The notes beneath the pieces were generated by a model. It was not told the origin of the DNA, did no database searches, and worked only from the letters and a program-made list of their open reading frames with translations. A DNA stretch of 32,000 nt from Kiritimatiella glycovorans (GTDB taxonomy: Bacteria; Verrucomicrobiota; Kiritimatiellia; Kiritimatiellales; Kiritimatiellaceae): contig NZ_CP010904.1 of assembly GCF_001017655.1 (NCBI RefSeq), positions 1,140,001 to 1,172,000 on the forward strand, written 5' to 3'. This document shows positions 25,190 through 32,000 of the stretch, piece by piece. Each line of letters begins with the position of its first letter. Within the stretch, counting starts at the first letter, position 1. The translations under genes and the position numbers were made by a program.

Positions 25190-25615
25190 TCACTTCTTCA
25201 ATTCGATGCTCCGGAACCACTGCTCAGCCCAGGCGCCGATCCAGGGCAGCGGCCGCCGCTCGCCCTGGCAGGCATAGACGAGGCCGATGATATTCTCCAC
25301 CAGCAGAAAGATCGCGCCGAGCACCAGGATGGCTAATCCGACGCATATAAAGCTGAGCGCCACTCCGGCCACGCTGATCGCCACGCCGGCGATCCACAGC
25401 AGCAGGCTCTGTTTCGCGTGATAGAGCGCAAAGGAATTATTGCGCATCAGCAGCGGGATCAGGAAGAAGGGCAGCGAAACGAAATTCAGCGCATAGCTCA
25501 GAATCGCCAGCGGCTGTCCCTCCTTCACATCCGGCGGCGGGACCTCCGGCACCGGCTGAGGTTCGGTTGCGGGTTGCTCTTCAGGGCGGGAGGTGTCCTG
25601 CGGATCTTCATTCAT
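25190..25615 (-). CDS. DUF4870-like small membrane protein with a Pro/Glu-rich N-terminus
   Basis: Three predicted TM helices. LYHAKQSLLLW motif resembles the DUF4870 HAKQ signature. Confidence 0.5.
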   Translation of the reverse strand: MNEDPQDTSRPEEQPATEPQPVPEVPPPDVKEGQPLAILSYALNFVSLPFFLIPLLMRNNSFALYHAKQSLLLWIAGVAISVAGVALSFICVGLAILVLGAIFLLVENIIGLVYACQGERRPLPWIGAWAEQWFRSIELKK

Positions 25616-25851
25616 ATGCGGCCCCCTTTCTTTGAAACGGGATTGTAGGTCTCATCCGGCGGCATGGCAAGAAAGAGCGTGAGGCGACGGATAGACGGAA
25701 GCGCGATGGATCGCTTTCGGGAGGGGGATAGACCACGAAGCCCCTGAAGGGGATGAAGATTTATCAGGGGAGAGCGTATGAACGCTCGTTATCGGAGGGA
25801 TAAGACTTGATTTCGCGCCGTATTCAGCTACCGTCTCCCCTCTCTTCCCAA

Positions 25852-25925
25852 GCGGGTGTAGCTCAATGGTAGAGCCCCAGCCTTCCAAGCTGGTTGTGCC
25901 GGTTCGATTCCGGTCACCCGCTCCA
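25852..25925 (+). tRNA. tRNA-Gly (anticodon UCC)
   Basis: Manual cloverleaf. Acceptor stem GCGGGTG/CACCCGC. D arm GCTC-AATGGTA-GAGC. Anticodon arm CCAGC-CTTCCAA-GCTGG. T arm GCCGG-TTCGATT-CCGGT. Encoded CCA. Confidence 0.95.
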
Positions 25926-25963
25926 GTCCTTCTCCGCGCAGGCCGCGACTCCGGCGGGCCGGA

Positions 25964-28546
<2,583 letters not shown>

Positions 28547-28761
28547 ATCGGCTCCGGATTCTGCTTCCGGGCGGCATGCACCGCCCGTTTGGGCGGCACT
28601 GTACGGCCAACCCCGCGACCAATGCAATCCGGGATATCCCATGCCCCCGCGTCTTCTTTATGTGTATAGAGCCTTATGCCCTTCTTTTCTTCATGGTAAA
28701 TCCCGGGTTCTCTGTTAGGTTCACTCGCTCGACGGTTTCAGGCAGAAACAAGGCGGGGATC

Positions 28762-30477
28762 ATGTTGGAGAGGCAACTGAGCGAATGGGTGGGCGAGGCG
28801 TTCCGGGCGGCGTTTCCGGAGACGGATTTCGGCGGTGCGGAGTTCGCGGTCTACCCTACGAAGGACGAGTCGTTCGGCGATTACCAGTGCAATGCGGCGA
28901 TGAAGCTGGCGGGGATCCTCAAGACCGCCCCGCGCAACATCGCCCGGGCGGCGGTCGACGCCCAGGCGCCGCCCGAAGAGGTCGACCGCGTCGAGGTCGC
29001 CGGCCCGGGTTTCATCAATCTCTTTCTGAAGAACTCCGCTCTGGCCGGCGCACTCGAAGAGATGGGAGGCGACCGGAGGCTCGGCGTCCCGGATCCGGGG
29101 CAGGGGCGGACGGTGATCATGGACTACTCGAGTCCGAACGTGGCCAAGCCCATGCATATCGGCCACATTCGATCGACGGTCATCGGCAACGCCCTCGACC
29201 GGCTGTACCGGTTTGCGGGGTACGAGGTGATCTCGGACAATCACCTCGGCGACTGGGGTACGCAGTTCGGCCTGCTGATTCTCGGGTATCGTCATTTCCG
29301 CGATGGGCAGGCGCTTGAGGATCACCCCGCAGAAGAGCTGGAACGGATCTATGTCGAAAGCTACAACCGCTCGAAGGAGGACGACACCTGGCGCGATCAG
29401 GCGCGGCAAGAGCTGGTCAAGCTGCAGCAGGGGGACGAAGAGAACCTGGAACTCTGGCGCACGTTCGTGGAACTCTCCCTGAAGGAATTCGGCGCCGTGT
29501 ACGACCGCCTCGGCGTGCGTTTCGACCTGGTCCGCGGCGAGAGCTGGTACCACGACCGCCTCCCGGATGTGATCGGGAGACTGGAATCGGCCGGACTCGC
29601 GGAGGAGAGTGAGGGCGCGCTCATCTGCGATCTGAGCGACGAGGATCTCAAGGTCTGTATCGTGCGCAAGAAAGACGGTGCGTACAATTACGCGACCACC
29701 GATATCGCCACCCTTCTCGCGCGGGAAGAGGAGTTTGCCCCTGAACGCATCATCTATGTGACCGACGAGCGTCAGCAGCTCCACTTCCGTCAGGTCTTCC
29801 ACGTGAGCCGCGCGCTGGGCGTGAAACCGGACCTGGTTCACGTCTGGTTCGGACTCATGCGGCTCCCGGAGGCCACGTTCTCCACGCGCGAGGGTAACGT
29901 CATTAAGCTGGAGGCCCTGCTCGACGAGGCCGAGCGGCGCGCGCTGGAGGTGGTGAAGACGAGCAGCCCGGAGATGCCGGCCGATCAGCAGCGCGAGGTG
30001 GCGCGCGCCGTGGGCATCGGCGCGGTCAAGTACGTCGATCTGAGCCAGAACCCGCAGAGCCTGGTCACGTTCACCTGGGACAAGGCGCTGGCGATGGACG
30101 GCAACTCCGCCCCGTACCTGCAGTACGCTCATGCCCGCATCGCCAGCGTGCGCGACCGCTACCGGGAGCGTTTCCCGGAGGGTCGCTGCGACGATTGGCC
30201 GATCCGGATTGAGGAGCCGGTCGAGCGGCGCCTCGCCGGTCTGCTCACCCGCTTCCCGGCCGCGGTCCTGGGCGCGGCGGAACAGTATCGGCCGAATATC
30301 CTGGCCGACTATCTCTATAACCTCTCACAGGTCTACAGCAGCTTCTACCAGAACGTTCCATTCCTCAAAGCGGAGGAGGGCGTGCGCGAAAGCCGCGTGC
30401 GTCTCTGCGACCTCGTGGCCCGCGTGCTCAAAACCGGCCTGGATCTGCTGGGGATCGAAGCGCCGGAGCGGATTTAG
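28762..30477 (+). CDS. argS: Arginyl-tRNA synthetase
   Basis: SSPNVAKPMHIGHIRSTVIGN (HIGH). FSTREGNV (the ArgRS KMSK-equivalent). C-terminal DALR-type anticodon-binding region. Start trimmed to ATG 28762 (MLERQLSEW). Confidence 0.9.
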   Translation: MLERQLSEWVGEAFRAAFPETDFGGAEFAVYPTKDESFGDYQCNAAMKLAGILKTAPRNIARAAVDAQAPPEEVDRVEVAGPGFINLFLKNSALAGALEEMGGDRRLGVPDPGQGRTVIMDYSSPNVAKPMHIGHIRSTVIGNALDRLYRFAGYEVISDNHLGDWGTQFGLLILGYRHFRDGQALEDHPAEELERIYVESYNRSKEDDTWRDQARQELVKLQQGDEENLELWRTFVELSLKEFGAVYDRLGVRFDLVRGESWYHDRLPDVIGRLESAGLAEESEGALICDLSDEDLKVCIVRKKDGAYNYATTDIATLLAREEEFAPERIIYVTDERQQLHFRQVFHVSRALGVKPDLVHVWFGLMRLPEATFSTREGNVIKLEALLDEAERRALEVVKTSSPEMPADQQREVARAVGIGAVKYVDLSQNPQSLVTFTWDKALAMDGNSAPYLQYAHARIASVRDRYRERFPEGRCDDWPIRIEEPVERRLAGLLTRFPAAVLGAAEQYRPNILADYLYNLSQVYSSFYQNVPFLKAEEGVRESRVRLCDLVARVLKTGLDLLGIEAPERI

Positions 30478-30506
30478 AAAAGATCGCCGCCACGATTCCA
30501 GCCGTT

Positions 30507-30540
30507 CCGCGAAAATCTGGCTCTTCGCAGATTTTTGCGG
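30507..30540 (+). terminator. Strong hairpin 30 nt downstream of argS (possible terminator)
   Basis: CCGCGAAAATCTG pairs with CAGATTTTTGCGG: 13 bp including one G-U, with an 8-nt loop. The T run lies inside the 3' arm rather than after it. Confidence 0.4.
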
Positions 30541-30581
30541 TGGAGCCGCTCCGCGGACCTGCGGGCCTACTACGAAAGTGA

Positions 30582-30849
30582 GAGAGAACGCACGATTTAT
30601 TTGCCTGTGCTCTTCTCATTCGTCTTTGCGATTTCTGGGCAGGGCGCGATCTCCGAGCGCGCCGCTCTTTTGCGGACGGCCCGGAGGTCCGTCCCTACCT
30701 TCACATGAAGGACATGAAGGTTGGTTGAGGGGGGGTGAACATAATTCGTACTCGTACGCGTACTCGGAGCGCCGAAGGCGCGATCCCACTCCCCCGATTC
30801 AAGGAATTCGAGTACGAGTACCGCTTCGCTGAGTACGAGTACGCGTACG
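30582..30849 (-). repeat. Dispersed modular intergenic repeat, family R1, copy B (short form, inverted relative to copy A)
   Basis: Its reverse complement aligns block-by-block with 9292-9637. It has a single GTAGGGACGGACCTCCGGGCCGTCCGCAAA core, plus extra GTACGA/GTACGC hexamer iterations and a duplicated CATGAAGGA. Confidence 0.85.
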
Positions 30850-30920
30850 TTGTGTGGCGAGCGGACTTGCCGCCGCTCACCATAAAAATCCACGAATAAC
30901 CAAAAATCTACGATGAACCG

Positions 30921-30959
30921 TCTTACTCAGGTTTCAGCTTTCAGGTTTCTCACTCATCC
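30921..30959 (-). repeat. Repeat family R2 core copy (inverted)
   Basis: The reverse complement, GGATGAGTGAGAAACCTGAAAGCTGAAACCTGAGTAAGA, matches 13304-13345. It ends 16 nt upstream of the radical SAM gene ATG. Confidence 0.75.
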
Positions 30960-30974
30960 TGATAGGGTGTCGGC

Positions 30975-32000
30975 ATGATGTCGGATGGGACCGGAACCTT
31001 TGAACGGAAACTCGGCGACGGGCGGGTCCAGTGCACGGTATGCCCGCATCACTGTTCTCTCCGGGAGGGGGAGCGGGGAAAATGCTTCGTCCGGCGACGC
31101 GAGGACGGTCATGTCGTCTGCACCACCTACGGGAAGTCGAGCGGCTTCTGTATTGATCCGGTGGAGAAGAAACCCCTCTATCACTTCCTGCCCGGGACGC
31201 CCGTGCTCTCCCTGGGCACGGCGGGCTGTAATCTCTCCTGCTCCTTCTGTCAGAACTGGCACCTGAGCCATTCGCGCCAGGTGGCGACGACCGCGGAGGA
31301 GGCCGCGCCCGAAGCCATCGCGCGAACGGCGGAGCGCCACGGCTGCCGCAGTGTGGCGTTCACCTACAATGAACCGGTCATCTATCTCGAGTACGCGGTC
31401 GATGCGGCACGGGCCTGCCGCGCGCGCGGCATCCGTACCGTGGCGGTCACGGCGGGATATATCTCGCCCGGGGCACGCAGAACCTTCTTCGCGCACATGG
31501 ACGCCGCGAACGTCGATCTCAAGGCGTTTTCCGAGGATTTCTACCGCCGTCTGTGCGGCGTACATCTCAAGCCGGTGCTCGATACGCTCGTGTATCTCAA
31601 ACACGAGACCGACGTCTGGCTGGAACTGACGACACTGCTCATTCCCGGTGAAAACGACCGCGACGAGGAACTCGACGCCATGACCCGCTGGGTGGTCTCG
31701 GAACTCGGTCCCGACGTTCCGCTGCACTTCTCGGCCTTTCATCCCGCCGGCGAGATGAATCATGTCGCCCCGACTTCGCTCGAAACGCTGGAACGCGCGC
31801 GCGGCATCGCTCGAGACAACGGCCTCCGCTTTGTCTACCTCGGAAATATCAGCACGGTCGAAGCGGGCCGCACCTACTGTCCGGGCTGCGGTGCGCGGCT
31901 CATCGACCGCCAGGGCTACCGGCTGCGGGGGTGGGGGCTCGACGAACAGGGCCGCTGCGCCTCCTGCGGGGTGGTCTGCCCGGGGGTCTTCGAATCCGGA
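30975..32000 (+). CDS. amrS: AmmeMemoRadiSam-system radical SAM enzyme (PflA-related), 3' end outside the window
   Basis: My own translation from ATG 30975, open to the window end (342 codons): MMSDGTGTFERKLGDGRVQCTVCPHHCSLREGERGKCFVRRREDGHVV...DPVEKKPLYHFLPGTPVLSLGTAGCNLSCSFCQNWHLS (CxxxCxxC). C-terminal CPGCG...CASCG. Not in the ORF track because no stop falls inside the window. The listed antisense ORF 30954..31763 is rejected. Confidence 0.85.
   Translation, partial: MMSDGTGTFERKLGDGRVQCTVCPHHCSLREGERGKCFVRRREDGHVVCTTYGKSSGFCIDPVEKKPLYHFLPGTPVLSLGTAGCNLSCSFCQNWHLSHSRQVATTAEEAAPEAIARTAERHGCRSVAFTYNEPVIYLEYAVDAARACRARGIRTVAVTAGYISPGARRTFFAHMDAANVDLKAFSEDFYRRLCGVHLKPVLDTLVYLKHETDVWLELTTLLIPGENDRDEELDAMTRWVVSELGPDVPLHFSAFHPAGEMNHVAPTSLETLERARGIARDNGLRFVYLGNISTVEAGRTYCPGCGARLIDRQGYRLRGWGLDEQGRCASCGVVCPGVFESG

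Noticed and set aside
25652-25888. 78-aa minus-strand ORF.
   Set aside because: It overlaps the tRNA-Gly gene and its upstream spacer, and has no motifs or RBS.
25616-25963. tRNA-Gly as an integration site for a genomic island, given the nearby low-GC NDT-like gene.
   Set aside because: There is no integrase, no duplicated tRNA 3' segment and no att-like repeat. The kinase gene ends directly downstream of the tRNA.

Overview
High-GC (roughly 60-65% by eye) bacterial chromosomal segment. It is mostly housekeeping and signalling genes, with an accessory block at the left edge. Left 6.2 kb: the 3' part of a DUF2075-type ATPase/helicase converges on a tightly coupled four-gene minus-strand operon. 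That operon has Wadjet/MksBEFG (jetABCD-like) architecture: kleisin-like, small KITE-like, SMC/MukB-like ATPase, then a Toprim protein. All four subunits look shorter than I remember for canonical Wadjet, and this is my best candidate for an unusual system. The rest of the window holds serA, a minimal GGDEF cyclase, a small basic coiled-coil ORF and glnS. A complete IS30-family element follows, flanked by a 15-bp direct repeat. Next come an Rrf2 regulator, cysK and a stand-alone bacterial class I HMG-CoA reductase coupled to cysK. After those are a HAD-IIB phosphatase coupled to a PAS/GAF hybrid histidine kinase, and a divergent paralogous PAS kinase. The final stretch holds metY-metX, a nucleoside 2-deoxyribosyltransferase-like gene coupled to an SRAP/YedK gene, two small membrane proteins, tRNA-Gly(UCC), a PhnD-domain hybrid kinase, argS, and the 5' part of an AmmeMemoRadiSam radical SAM gene. 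That last gene runs off the window and is missing from the ORF track. Structure not explained by genes: (i) a modular repeat family of about 270-345 bp, present as inverted copies at 9.3-9.6 kb and 30.6-30.85 kb; (ii) a second short dispersed repeat family (GAAACCTGAGAC.TGAAACCTGAGTAAGA), including a 52-bp tandem array upstream of cysK; (iii) a 132-bp imperfect palindrome between the two divergent PAS kinases. I saw no CRISPR array, rRNA or prophage. Many long ORFs in the track are antisense artefacts of the high GC content. The track also starts ORFs at TTG and GTG, so I trimmed several starts.
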